The notes beneath the pieces are model-generated. The model searched no databases. It saw only the letters and a list, made by a program, of their open reading frames with translations, and was not told where the DNA came from. Below, piece by piece: positions 1 through 9,215 of a stretch of 54,481 nucleotides of DNA. The position numbers and the translations under genes are program-made. The first letter of the stretch is position 1, and every line of letters begins with the position of its first letter. The stretch is from an uncultured Dehalococcoidaceae bacterium (GTDB lineage Bacteria; Chloroflexota; Dehalococcoidia; Dehalococcoidales; RBG-16-60-22): contig CAYWZO010000005.1 of NCBI GenBank assembly GCA_964462865.1, positions 1 to 54,481 on the forward strand. Reading direction: 5' to 3'.

Positions 1-36
1 CCAGTGGGAGCAGGACGGGTTTGCAAAAGTGGTGTA

Positions 37-113
37 TGGTAGCGCATACGGGATTCGAACCCGTGGTCTCCGCCTTGAGAGGGCGGCGTCCTTGGCCGCT
101 AGACGAATGCGCC
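37..113 (-). tRNA. tRNA-Glu (CTC)
   Basis: Reverse complement GGCGCATTCGTCTAGCGG...CCGCCCTCTCAAGGCGG...GTTCGAATCCCGTATGCGCTACCA folds as a cloverleaf; anticodon CTC; CCA encoded. Confidence 0.96.
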
Positions 114-125
114 CCGTATAAAACC

Positions 126-199
126 TGGCTGGGGAAGAAGGATTCGAACCTTCGCTGACGGATCCAGAGTCCGCTGTCCTACCACTAGACGATTCCCCA
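126..199 (-). tRNA. tRNA-Gln (CTG)
   Basis: Reverse complement TGGGGAATCGTCTAGTGGTAGGACAGCGGACTCTGGATCCGT...GGTTCGAATCCTTCTTCCCCAGCCA; anticodon CTG; CCA encoded. Confidence 0.96.
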
Positions 200-210
200 G
201 TGACACGTAA

Positions 211-239
211 ATTATATCATGGAGGTATCCCCCGCACAA
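211..239 (-). promoter_or_regulatory. sigma70-type promoter for the tRNA-Gln/tRNA-Glu pair
   Basis: Minus strand TTGTGC-17 nt-TATAAT with extended TG; 11 nt between the -10 and the tRNA-Gln 5' end. Confidence 0.65.
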
Positions 240-254
240 CCACCAGCCGCCTAT

Positions 255-283
255 TTGACACTCCCTGCCCGACGCATTATTGT
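255..283 (+). promoter_or_regulatory. sigma70-type promoter for rnc
   Basis: TTGACA (255-260)-17 nt-TATTGT (278-283), just upstream of the rnc ATG. Confidence 0.6.
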
Positions 284-306
284 TATTAATTGAAAGGTAT
301 TTCCTC

Positions 307-1008
307 ATGCCTGATATTAATACTTTGCAGAAGGCGCTGGGGGTAAAGCTGGATAATACGGCGCTGCTGGCACAGGCGTTGACTCACAGCTCCTATATCA
401 ATGAAAACCCCGCCGGCGCCGTGGGCCATAACGAGCGGCTGGAGTTCCTCGGCGACGCCGTGCTGGACTGCATCGTCGCGGAGAAGCTTTACCGCGACCT
501 GCCTGACCTTAGCGAGGGCGATTTGACCAAGCTGCGGGCGGCGCTGGTACGCCGGGATACCCTGGCCGGCATCGCCCGGGATATCAACCTCGGCGCTTTT
601 CTCGCCATGGGAAAAGGGGAAGAGGCCAGCGGCGGTCGCGATAAAGCGCCCAACCTGGCGAGCGCGTTGGAGGCGGTAATCGCCGCTGTTTATCTCGACC
701 GTGGTCTGGCCGCTACCGCCGAACTCGTTATCAGGCTGCTCGGTGAGACCTGGGCGCAGGCGGTCCGCCGGGGCACCGGCACCGACTATAAGTCCAGATT
801 GCAGGAAGTCGTGCAGTCGCGTTGGCAGTTGACGCCGTCCTACCGTCTTATTGCGGAGACCGGCCCGGACCACGATAAAACTTTCACCGTCGAAGTCCAG
901 GTCGGCAGCCGGGTCCTCGGCAGCGGCCGCGGCAAGAGTAAAAAGCTGGCCGAGACCGAGGCCGCGCGGGCGGCCTTGTCCCGCCTTAAAGAAGTCTTTA
1001 CCGGCTAG
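307..1008 (+). CDS. rnc: Ribonuclease III
   Basis: HNERLEFLGDAVL signature and C-terminal dsRBD (DYKSRLQE...GPDH...GRGKSKKLAETEAA). Start placed at ATG 307 rather than the track's 280. Confidence 0.97.
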   Translation: MPDINTLQKALGVKLDNTALLAQALTHSSYINENPAGAVGHNERLEFLGDAVLDCIVAEKLYRDLPDLSEGDLTKLRAALVRRDTLAGIARDINLGAFLAMGKGEEASGGRDKAPNLASALEAVIAAVYLDRGLAATAELVIRLLGETWAQAVRRGTGTDYKSRLQEVVQSRWQLTPSYRLIAETGPDHDKTFTVEVQVGSRVLGSGRGKSKKLAETEAARAALSRLKEVFTG

Positions 1009-1065
1009 GCTCTTTCTGCTAAACTGCTTATAAAAACAGTAAAAGTACGTCGGCGAGGTGATGTC

Positions 1066-1224
1066 GTGGGCAGTCGTGATTATAGCCATAGAGAGAAAAA
1101 GAAACAGAAAAAAGACGCCAAGAAAATATCCCCGGTGTCTGTGATGACAACCCCGGTTGAAGTAGAGGTTATCAAAAAAGGCAAACAACGGGAAGGCAGA
1201 AGGGTGGAGGAAGAGGAGGAATAG
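1066..1224 (+). CDS. 52-aa small charged protein (not in ORF track)
   Basis: GAGGTG Shine-Dalgarno just before GTG 1066; MGSRDYSHREKKKQKKDAKKISPVSVMTTPVEVEVIKKGKQREGRRVEEEEE-stop; fills the rnc-acyP gap on the same strand. Confidence 0.6.
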   Translation: MGSRDYSHREKKKQKKDAKKISPVSVMTTPVEVEVIKKGKQREGRRVEEEEE

Positions 1225-1264
1225 CCCTTTACCCCATGATGGGGGAAGACAGGAGTGGTTGACC

Positions 1265-1546
1265 ATGGCTGACCTGGCCTCACTTCAGGCGGTGGTGCGC
1301 GGCCGTGTCCACGGCGTCTTTTTCCGGGCTTCTGTGCAAACCAGGGCGGAAGATTTAAGACTCACCGGCTATGTGCGTAATCGGCCTGGCGGTACGGTGG
1401 AGGTGAGAGCGGAGGGCGAGAGGCAGAAGCTCGAGAAACTGGTCGAGTATCTCAAGGTGGGGCCGCCGGCAGCCAGGGTGGAGGAAGTGGTGGTGACCTG
1501 GGCGGAATACACCGGGGCGTTCTCCCGGTTCAGCGTAAGATACTAG
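1265..1546 (+). CDS. acyP: Acylphosphatase
   Basis: VRGRVHGVFFR and GYVRNRPGGTVEV motifs; AGGAG RBS before ATG 1265. Confidence 0.93.
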   Translation: MADLASLQAVVRGRVHGVFFRASVQTRAEDLRLTGYVRNRPGGTVEVRAEGERQKLEKLVEYLKVGPPAARVEEVVVTWAEYTGAFSRFSVRY

Positions 1547-1950
1547 CCGGAGATTTCCTGCAATCCGTAAAAGCTGTCGTTCTTCAGGATGCGTGCCAGC
1601 GCCTCCGGCGAGGTACGGTAAATATCTCCGGAACGTACCCGCCCGAGTTCGGAACTTAGTTCCCTAAGTGTCAGGGGCTGGTTATTATTGCGCAAAAATA
1701 CGCGGAAGGCCGATTCCAGAATAGGCAACTTATCGTGAATAAAGTCAGGTGTCTGCGAGCAGCAATCGGCGATGTTGGTGAACAGTACCTGGAGCGAGGG
1801 CTCTTTTTTGGCGCCAAGCCGCCGGGCGCACCCGGGGCACAGGTAGTCTTTCACCAGGGCTGAAGCCGAGCGATGATTAATCTGGAACCAGTCCAGGGCA
1901 ATGGCCCAGCGAGTCTCCACCAGTGGAGGATTTTCTTCTTTCTTGGGCAT
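1543..1950 (-). CDS. Hypothetical protein with CxxC motif
   Basis: 135-aa ORF ending the minus-strand mob/moe run; contains CPGC and a CC pair; no family recognised. Confidence 0.75.
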   Translation of the reverse strand: MPKKEENPPLVETRWAIALDWFQINHRSASALVKDYLCPGCARRLGAKKEPSLQVLFTNIADCCSQTPDFIHDKLPILESAFRVFLRNNNQPLTLRELSSELGRVRSGDIYRTSPEALARILKNDSFYGLQEISG

Positions 1951-1973
1951 TCCGTCACCATCCCGGGGATTTA

Positions 1974-2708
1974 TTAAGGCGCGCCAAGTTCCACTTTAGC
2001 CGACCTTATCAGGTCGAGGTAGCTTATCTTCAGTCCCAGGGCATCAGCCACTTCACGGTCGACATCGTAGGGTTCGCCGACGAATACCTTATCGTATTCT
2101 TCCACTTCACCCTCGCTGGGTTCCTGCTTCACGGCGAATTTCTGTCTCCCCTCGACGATACCGAGGTCAAAGGGCAGCGTAAAATAGAGGTCGGCCAGTA
2201 CTTTGTCAATGCCCAGACTATAAAGGCTCTCCCAGCCGCCTGTAGATTCCCCGTGGTACTTGCTGCTCGGCAGCAGGGAAAGGAGGTTCCTGATGGCGAA
2301 GCTGCCGGTACCGTTATAGGTTTTCAGAGGCGCGACGGTTATCAGATAATCACTGGACAATATGACGTTTGGCACCCAGAACGTCGGCATAGCGAACGGC
2401 TTGGGCAGCGGGTTGTCCACCTCAACGAAGATACAGTCCTTGACGTCCAGTGTGAGCACCCGCGGGAAATTATAGCCGAGGGCCTGGTAAATGGGGCGGG
2501 TAGGCATCCCTCCGGCGGTTCCTTCCAGCAGGAGGATATCGGCATCGCTGACACGCCGGATGCTGGCGATGATGGCTGCGAGCATATCGGCGCTGGTGGT
2601 GACCGGATAGGGCAGCGGGTAAGAGGCGCTGGGCTTGATAAGAACGCGCCGCGCCCTGGCTACCACCGACGGTACCTTGAAAATAAAATCCGAGGCTTCG
2701 TATATCAA
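1974..2708 (-). CDS. DUF362 domain protein
   Basis: VLIKPS...PVTTS, ILLLEG, LITVAPLK...IRNL pattern typical of DUF362; start overlaps the mobB stop. Confidence 0.75.
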   Translation of the reverse strand: MIYEASDFIFKVPSVVARARRVLIKPSASYPLPYPVTTSADMLAAIIASIRRVSDADILLLEGTAGGMPTRPIYQALGYNFPRVLTLDVKDCIFVEVDNPLPKPFAMPTFWVPNVILSSDYLITVAPLKTYNGTGSFAIRNLLSLLPSSKYHGESTGGWESLYSLGIDKVLADLYFTLPFDLGIVEGRQKFAVKQEPSEGEVEEYDKVFVGEPYDVDREVADALGLKISYLDLIRSAKVELGAP

Positions 2709-3352
2709 CTTTTCCTCCGCAGGGAAACATGCAGGCTTTTCACGCCGTTACCTTGGATGCCGGGTATCATGGCGAACAGGGTACGCGTCAGCAGGTCTTG
2801 CAGCGCCGGGGGAGTGGGCAGGCTGTCGCCATTGACCACGACCTCAAAATCACTTCCATTGTTGGATATATTTATCCGGCTTTCGATAAGGTCAGCGATA
2901 CCGGCCAGGTCGTCATGGGTGTACTGGGGGACTTCCAGTTCAACCGGTTCGTCCGTAACCACCGCTATTAGCTGCCGGGGGTCGGTGAGCAGCTCCTGGC
3001 CCTGGGCCGCCCGGCGGACTTCGATTTTGGGGTAAGGACTCCCCTTGAAACCTTCCGTCAGGATTATGTCATAATCCCAGAGAATGAACCGGGATATCTC
3101 CTGCGGGTCGAAGAAGTGGTCCATGCGCCGGTAAATGGCCAGGTGGTCAAGGGAGTTGATGGCTGAAAGCTCGCTGCCGGCCTGTGTGAACCGCCACGTG
3201 TCCTTCTCGGCGGTGTCCAGAGGGTCGGCATGGTGCGAGTGCTTGACGATGGCCACCTTATGGCCGCGCCGTTTCAGTTCGGCGATGAGTTTTTCCAGCA
3301 GGGTCGTCTTGCCCGAGCTTGATTTTCCCACTATCGATATTATCGTACGCAT
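2705..3352 (-). CDS. mobB: Molybdopterin-guanine dinucleotide biosynthesis protein B
   Basis: GKSSSGKTTLLEKLI Walker A, VAIVKHSHH, DIILTEGFK. Confidence 0.92.
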   Translation of the reverse strand: MRTIISIVGKSSSGKTTLLEKLIAELKRRGHKVAIVKHSHHADPLDTAEKDTWRFTQAGSELSAINSLDHLAIYRRMDHFFDPQEISRFILWDYDIILTEGFKGSPYPKIEVRRAAQGQELLTDPRQLIAVVTDEPVELEVPQYTHDDLAGIADLIESRINISNNGSDFEVVVNGDSLPTPPALQDLLTRTLFAMIPGIQGNGVKSLHVSLRRKS

Positions 3353-3366
3353 ATTTACATTTCAAT

Positions 3367-4617
3367 TTATAGATTTACTTCTTCGTTCCAGTCCAGCATC
3401 AAGGCCTGGACGGTTTCGCCCTTTCGCACCATTTGCTTTTCCTCGGGGATGAGCACCAGCCCGTTGGCCAGGGACATGGATTTCAGGATGCCCGAGCCCT
3501 GGGGGCCGGTCAACCGGGCGTAATAGTGCCCGTTGCGCCGTGCGATGATAGCCCGGTCGTAGATACGGCGGCCGGCATCGTTTTTAACGTTATCTTCGAT
3601 AATTGCTTCTACCACTGGTTTACCCAGGTTCTTTTTCCCCATCATCTTGAGGAGGGCCGGGCGGACGAACAGCTCGAAGCTCACCATACAGCTGACGGCA
3701 TTGCCAGGCAACCCCAGGTGGGGTATATCTCTCTTTTTGCCTTTAATCTTCCCGAAGGCCAGCGGTTTCCCGGGTTTCACCCGTACTTTCCAGAAGACCA
3801 TCCGGCCTTCCCGGGCCAGAATATCTTTCACCATGTCATAATCGCCCATGGAGACCCCGCCGGTGGTCAGGAGCATATCGGCGTCCTGGGCCTGGCGGAG
3901 CTTGTCCACGATTGATTTGTCCTCGTCACGCGCTATGCCGAGTATTTTGGGGATGCACCCGTAGCGCTTCACCAGCCCGGCGATGCTGTACAGGTTGCTA
4001 TCGTATATCTTCCCCTCGGGAAGGGGCTGGCCCATCTCTACCAGCTCGTTGCCGGTGGAGAGAATGGCGACCACCGGGCGGCGGATGGCTTTGACCCGGT
4101 GATAGCCCAGGGAGGCCATCAGGCCGACCTCGGCGGGGCGGATGACCGTGCCCTTTTTCAGGGCGAATGTCCCTCTGGCAATGTCTTCCCCGGCCTTCCT
4201 GACGTTGAGTTCTGGTGTGGCCTCGGCCAGAATCCCCACCTCGGTGGCGGGACTCTGGCGTTTGGTTTCATCCGTGTTTTCAAACTGGACGACGGCATCG
4301 GCCCCTCGGGGCAGGGGCGCGCCGGTCATAATACGCACAGCCGTACCCGGTTCAACTTCGCGCTTGGAGATAGAGCCGGCCATGACCGTATCGATAACTC
4401 GCAGGACTCTGGGCGAGGCGGCGCTGGCGCCAAGGGTATCCCGGGCGCGAACAGCGTAGCCGTCCATGGCGGAGTTGTCCAGCGGCGGCACGTTAATACC
4501 GGAGGTTATGTCCTCGGCGAGCACCTGCCCCAACGCTTCCAGGATGGGGACGGATTCCGCCTCGAGGACAGTTACTTCATCAAGTATCTTCTCGAGGGCT
4601 TCTTCAACACTTAACAT
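3367..4617 (-). CDS. moeA: Molybdopterin molybdotransferase
   Basis: SAMDGYAV, IMTGAP, STGNEL, TGGVSMGDYD, PGKP, GLPGN motifs. Confidence 0.96.
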   Translation of the reverse strand: MLSVEEALEKILDEVTVLEAESVPILEALGQVLAEDITSGINVPPLDNSAMDGYAVRARDTLGASAASPRVLRVIDTVMAGSISKREVEPGTAVRIMTGAPLPRGADAVVQFENTDETKRQSPATEVGILAEATPELNVRKAGEDIARGTFALKKGTVIRPAEVGLMASLGYHRVKAIRRPVVAILSTGNELVEMGQPLPEGKIYDSNLYSIAGLVKRYGCIPKILGIARDEDKSIVDKLRQAQDADMLLTTGGVSMGDYDMVKDILAREGRMVFWKVRVKPGKPLAFGKIKGKKRDIPHLGLPGNAVSCMVSFELFVRPALLKMMGKKNLGKPVVEAIIEDNVKNDAGRRIYDRAIIARRNGHYYARLTGPQGSGILKSMSLANGLVLIPEEKQMVRKGETVQALMLDWNEEVNL

Positions 4618-5225
4618 CAGTTCGCAGTTCCTCCGGCTATTTTCCTGGCCAGGTCCAGTTCTTCCCTGGTATTGATATTGAAAAAACTCAAATGCTGCGG
4701 GTCGAACCTCTCAACCTCGTCAGTTTCGACATATCTCACTTTAACATAGTTAAAAAGCTCGATGATGACTTTCTTGCCCTGGTTCAGGATGGACTCGATT
4801 GGCGCGATGCAGTTCTTCGAATAGATGGCATGCAGCGGCTCGAAAAGCCTGTTGACCCGCGGTAGGATGAAATCGAATCCATCTGAAATTCCAATCATAT
4901 ATCTCAATAAAGGCTCGTTCACAAATGGCATGTCCGCCGCAACGACAAGGTTATAAAATGAATTCGATTTAACCAATCCGGTATAAATGCCGCCCAGGGA
5001 ACCCTGACCGGGGAAAATGTCTGATACTGTTTTTACTTTCGGGCGGCTCGCCAGTTGTGTGAAGGCTCTCTCTTTCGCTGTTACAATAATAATTTCTTTA
5101 CTTAGCGAGTCAATACGGGAGATGACCTGTTCTAGTAAACTTGTATTGCCAACCTTTTCTAGGATTTTATCGTGACCCAGGCGCGCGCTTTTACCGCCGG
5201 CGAGGATAATAGAAGATGTTTCCAA
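4617..5225 (-). CDS. mobA: Molybdenum cofactor guanylyltransferase
   Basis: ILAGGKSARLGHDK, GSLGGIYTGL, AADMPF, FFNINT motifs. Confidence 0.93.
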   Translation of the reverse strand: METSSIILAGGKSARLGHDKILEKVGNTSLLEQVISRIDSLSKEIIIVTAKERAFTQLASRPKVKTVSDIFPGQGSLGGIYTGLVKSNSFYNLVVAADMPFVNEPLLRYMIGISDGFDFILPRVNRLFEPLHAIYSKNCIAPIESILNQGKKVIIELFNYVKVRYVETDEVERFDPQHLSFFNINTREELDLARKIAGGTAN

Positions 5226-5366
5226 ATTACCTGCCTGTTTTAAGAAACCTACCCCCTACATATAGTATTTTACCACAGGCAGTCAAGAGACGGAAGAGGT
5301 TTGGGCAGGATTTTTACTTTGTCTAAGTGGGTCTGGCGGATATTTTAACAGGGGGAAAAAGGGTTT

Positions 5367-6662
5367 TTAGTATTGAGGTTTGATAACCGGGTATTCCCAG
5401 TGGCTGTTATCTATTATCATATCCGCCGCCTTTTGAGGGGGGTATTGGCGCAGGTATTTACGCTGTGCGGGAAAGTATTTTACTTCATATTTTTGCCTGA
5501 CCTCTTCAGAGTCTCGCGACCGGGAGCGTTCCAAGCATATTTCTTCGGGGATATCCAGAAAAATTTTATAATCGATATATGCCGCGAGTTCTTTCCTGAA
5601 AAGAAATACGCCTTCGAAAATAACGATAGTTCGGTGACTAAAGGAGTATCCTTTGTTCGCTCCGAATTTGTTTGACGCCACATCGAACGCCTTGAGTGAA
5701 ACGGAATACTCACCTTTTTCCCGCACAGGTACCAGCAGCTTACGGATAATTGTCTGGATATCGAAGCTCCTATTGAAGTAGTTTTCAACTTGGTCGTCGC
5801 CGGAGTATCTCACTTTTTTAGGATTGGTGAAATCGTCCAGGTGGATAACCTGAGTGGGATAGTCCCGTGAGCTGAGGTACTTTTCCAGCGCCTCGGTAAA
5901 GACCGTTTTCCCCGAACAATCAATGCCGCTGATACCGATAACGAAAGGCTTTTCCGCAGATTTTGTCCGCTCGATTTTATCAGTTATCTTTTTGAAAATC
6001 GGCAACCTCCGGTCGAAGATGGAGAGCAGGTCATCGAACTTGTTAATCGTCAGGTCCGCCTCCTCCGGCTCGTTCTCGCCGTAGCCGAAGAGAACCCCGA
6101 TGGACAGGCAATCGCTGGCGCGGGCGGCCTCCACGTCATGGGACCTGTCGCCAACGATGGCGGCGGTCAGCCCGCCGAAATATCCCCGGATTTTCTTTAC
6201 CAGTTCCGGCTTGGTGAGGTTGTTGTCCTGGATGCACTCGATATAATCGAAATAATCTCTAAGCCCCAGGGATGACATGACGAGGTTCAGATACATGGTG
6301 GAGGCGTTGGTATATTGCGCCAGTTTATAACCCCTCTGGCGGAGTGTCTGCAGGGTCTCTTTCACGCCGGGATACGGCTGCGCCATTTCCCGGAATACTG
6401 CGTCGTACTCGGCGCGCACCCTTTCACGGATTTCCTGGACCGTCAGGTGGCTATCGGGCGGGGTGATGAACTCGTAGAGCCCGCCCGCGGTTGACGCCGT
6501 TGACACGCCGAAGAACTGGTTAATGTCCTCCGGGCTGAACGTGACCTGCCAGCCCAGCCTGGCGAATGCCCTTTTGATCGACTCGTAGACGGCGGGCAGG
6601 GAAGGGATAATCGTCCCGTCCATGTCGAAGATTATCAGGTTGACGTCATCAGGAATTATCAT
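5367..6662 (-). CDS. HAD-family hydrolase fused to a uridine-kinase-like P-loop domain
   Basis: N-terminal IFDMDGT (HAD motif I) and VGDRSHD (motif IV); C-terminal GISGIDCSGKT, HLDDF, IFEGVFL. Confidence 0.85.
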   Translation of the reverse strand: MIIPDDVNLIIFDMDGTIIPSLPAVYESIKRAFARLGWQVTFSPEDINQFFGVSTASTAGGLYEFITPPDSHLTVQEIRERVRAEYDAVFREMAQPYPGVKETLQTLRQRGYKLAQYTNASTMYLNLVMSSLGLRDYFDYIECIQDNNLTKPELVKKIRGYFGGLTAAIVGDRSHDVEAARASDCLSIGVLFGYGENEPEEADLTINKFDDLLSIFDRRLPIFKKITDKIERTKSAEKPFVIGISGIDCSGKTVFTEALEKYLSSRDYPTQVIHLDDFTNPKKVRYSGDDQVENYFNRSFDIQTIIRKLLVPVREKGEYSVSLKAFDVASNKFGANKGYSFSHRTIVIFEGVFLFRKELAAYIDYKIFLDIPEEICLERSRSRDSEEVRQKYEVKYFPAQRKYLRQYPPQKAADMIIDNSHWEYPVIKPQY

Positions 6663-6668
6663 GAAAGA

Positions 6669-7310
6669 TTACAGCGCCGGTTTCAGCACTATTATCTGGG
6701 CGCTGGCGGGCAGCTTGTCCGCCCTTAATTCGATTTCGCTGCCGGCGGCGCGGGTCACATTGCTCTTGCCTTTGAGGAAATCGTCCACACCGCTGATAGG
6801 GATGCCGATTTTATCGGTCTTGTAGTGCATGGGCAGGATAATCCTGGGTTTGAGCTGCTCGCAGACCTTGGTGGCCGCCGCGGCATCGATGGTGAAGTTG
6901 CCTCCCACCGGGACCATCAGCACGTCCACCTTGCCGATGGCCTTAACCTGCGCGTCGGTAAGCAGGTGCCCCAGGTCGCCGCAGTGGCAGATGTCTACGC
7001 CGTCCACGTTCAGGCAGAAGACGGTATTCGGGCCTCGCTGGCTTCCGCCGGCCTCGTCGTGGGCGGTGGGAACGCCCTTGATTTTGATGCCCTTGAATGT
7101 ACCGGAGTCCTTCACCACCTCCGGGTTGCCGCTGACGGCGGCCACGTTGTTATGGTCGCCGTGACCGTGGCTGACGGTTACGATATCGGCCGTCTCTTTG
7201 ATATCGCCGTGGCTGAAGTGCGGGTTGGTCTGGTAGGGGTCGGTGACAATCCGGGTGCCGGAATCGGCAGTGATGAGGAAGGCGGAATGGGCCAGCCATT
7301 TGATTTTCAT
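6669..7310 (-). CDS. Metallo-beta-lactamase fold hydrolase
   Basis: MKIKWLAHSAFLI, TDPY, VSHGHGDHN, CHCGDLG, PMHY; true start at ATG 7310. Confidence 0.9.
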   Translation of the reverse strand: MKIKWLAHSAFLITADSGTRIVTDPYQTNPHFSHGDIKETADIVTVSHGHGDHNNVAAVSGNPEVVKDSGTFKGIKIKGVPTAHDEAGGSQRGPNTVFCLNVDGVDICHCGDLGHLLTDAQVKAIGKVDVLMVPVGGNFTIDAAAATKVCEQLKPRIILPMHYKTDKIGIPISGVDDFLKGKSNVTRAAGSEIELRADKLPASAQIIVLKPAL

Positions 7311-7341
7311 TGTGGTAACCTCCTTTTTTATTCCTGTTCCC

Positions 7342-7469
7342 GTCATTCTGGCGAAGGCCAGAATCCACAACCCTTTTACCCCACTGCTGGATTCCAGCTT
7401 TCGCTGGAATGACTTTTTTATCTGGCGGTTGCCGTACCTCCCGATTTCATCGGGAAGGCTGGCAATGAC
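7342..7469. repeat. REP/REPIN-like hairpin cluster
   Basis: Inverted pair GTCATTCTGGCGAAGGCCAGAATCCA (7342-7367) and reverse-complement GTCATTCCAGCGAAAGCTGGAATCCA (7388-7413), plus a third GTCATT-headed hairpin ending at 7469. Confidence 0.75.
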
Positions 7470-7476
7470 AACTGAT

Positions 7477-8973
7477 TTACTCCTTTGCCATTTTTTCTAC
7501 CAGGTTGACCAGGGTGCGTACCGGAACACCGGTGGCGCCTTTAATCTGGTAACCCTTGTCTTTATCGGTCTCGCTGGTGCCGGCGATGTCCAGGTGCACC
7601 CAGGGGGTGCCGTTGATGAACTCGGCCAGGAACTTGGCCGCGGTGATGGCCCCGGCGTACCGGCCGCCGATGTTCTTGACATCGGCGATGTCGCTCTTAA
7701 TCTGCTCGTTGTATTCTTCGAACATCGGCAACTGCCAGGCGAGTTCGCCGACCTCGTTACCGGCGGCAATCAGCTTATCGGCCAGCGCCTGATTGTTGGT
7801 GAAAACGCCGGTGCATATCGTCCCCAGGGCCATCCGGCAGGCCCCGGTGAGCGTGGCGACATCGATGATTGTCTTGGCCCCAATCTTCCGGGCATAGCTC
7901 AAGGCGTCGGCCAGGATGAGGCGGCCTTCGGCATCGGTGTTGAGTATCTCGATGGTCTTGCCGTTCATCGCGGTGACGATGTCACCCGGCTTCTGGGCGG
8001 TGCCGCTGGGCATGTTTTCCGTGGCCGGCACCAGGGCGGTGACGTTCATCCCCGGCTTAAGGCGGGCTACCGCCATTAGCGTGCCCAGCACCGAGGCACC
8101 CCCGGCCATATCGCCCTTCATCTCGTGCATGCCCTCGTATGGCTTGATATCAATGCCGCCGGAATCGAAGGTGACGCCCTTGCCCACCAGAGCCACGTCG
8201 ACCTCGTCCGGTTCTTTGCCTTGGTAGCTAAGGATGATGAACCGGGGCGGCTGCTGGCTTCCCTGGGCCACGCCGAGCAGGGCGCCCATACCCAGCGACT
8301 CCATCTGCGGCTTTTCCAGCACCTCGATTTTCAGTCCGTAGTCGCCGGCGATTTTCCGGGCGGACTCGGCCATATCAGCCGGCGTCATGAAGTTGGACGG
8401 CTCGTTGACCAGGTCCCGAGCCCAGTTTACCGCCTCGGCGATTATCCTGCCCCGGCTGATGGCTTTTTCGAAGGTGTTTTCTTCCCGGCCGACGATGGTG
8501 AACTCTTTGACTTCGGTATAGCTGTTCTCCTTTTTTGTGATATGCTTGCGGAAGGCGTACAGGCCGAGCATAGCGCCTTCGGTGATGGCCTGGACGGTAT
8601 TTTCCATTTTTAGGCCGTTGACTCCTGCCCCCTGGAGACCGCTGGCGATACGGTCCACGCCCTTTTGCCTCAAGTAACGGCAGGTCTCGCCGACGGCACC
8701 GCGCACTTTGTCCAGCGTCAGTACTGCCTTCTTCCCCAGGCCGGTGACGACGACGCGGCCGGTCGGCAGTTTGCCCATACTGTGCAGAAGGGTGATTTCG
8801 TTGAGCTTGCCCTTGATATCGCCCTGCTTCACGAGCTGGCTGATCGCCCCGTTCAGGACGGCGTCCACAGCGGCGGCATCGCCGTCAAGCTGCTTTTCGT
8901 CCTCGAAACAGTTCACGATGATAGCGCCGGTTTCGATTTTAGAAATTTCTCCGGCAATGGTCTTGATTTCCAT
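7477..8973 (-). CDS. pepA: Leucyl aminopeptidase (M17)
   Basis: GKGVTFDSGG, MKGDMAG, NTDAEGRL, DVATLTG motifs. Confidence 0.96.
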   Translation of the reverse strand: MEIKTIAGEISKIETGAIIVNCFEDEKQLDGDAAAVDAVLNGAISQLVKQGDIKGKLNEITLLHSMGKLPTGRVVVTGLGKKAVLTLDKVRGAVGETCRYLRQKGVDRIASGLQGAGVNGLKMENTVQAITEGAMLGLYAFRKHITKKENSYTEVKEFTIVGREENTFEKAISRGRIIAEAVNWARDLVNEPSNFMTPADMAESARKIAGDYGLKIEVLEKPQMESLGMGALLGVAQGSQQPPRFIILSYQGKEPDEVDVALVGKGVTFDSGGIDIKPYEGMHEMKGDMAGGASVLGTLMAVARLKPGMNVTALVPATENMPSGTAQKPGDIVTAMNGKTIEILNTDAEGRLILADALSYARKIGAKTIIDVATLTGACRMALGTICTGVFTNNQALADKLIAAGNEVGELAWQLPMFEEYNEQIKSDIADVKNIGGRYAGAITAAKFLAEFINGTPWVHLDIAGTSETDKDKGYQIKGATGVPVRTLVNLVEKMAKE

Positions 8974-9215
8974 ACTGGTACTCCTTTCGGCGGGTCAATT
9001 AACTCCGCCGGTCATGGCGCCTAAAAGAAACGTATATCAAATACCGTTTATGATTATAAACGGTTTTAAGCGGTTTGGCTAGGCGGGGAAAATATGACCG
9101 GGCTGTAAATCATACCGAATATTGTTACATTTTTATGCTAACCGGAGTTACGTCACATACGTTATTTATTATAGGTGATATAATCAAATTGGTACCAACC
9201 GGGGGAGGGAAAAGA

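Noticed and set aside
286-1266. 326-aa minus-strand ORF
   Set aside because: Antisense shadow of rnc and the small ORF; no recognisable motif.
1923-3035. 370-aa plus-strand ORF
   Set aside because: Antisense shadow of the DUF362 gene and mobB.
9075-9215. N-terminal extension of the serpin ORF
   Set aside because: The RBS and signal peptide point to ATG 9216.
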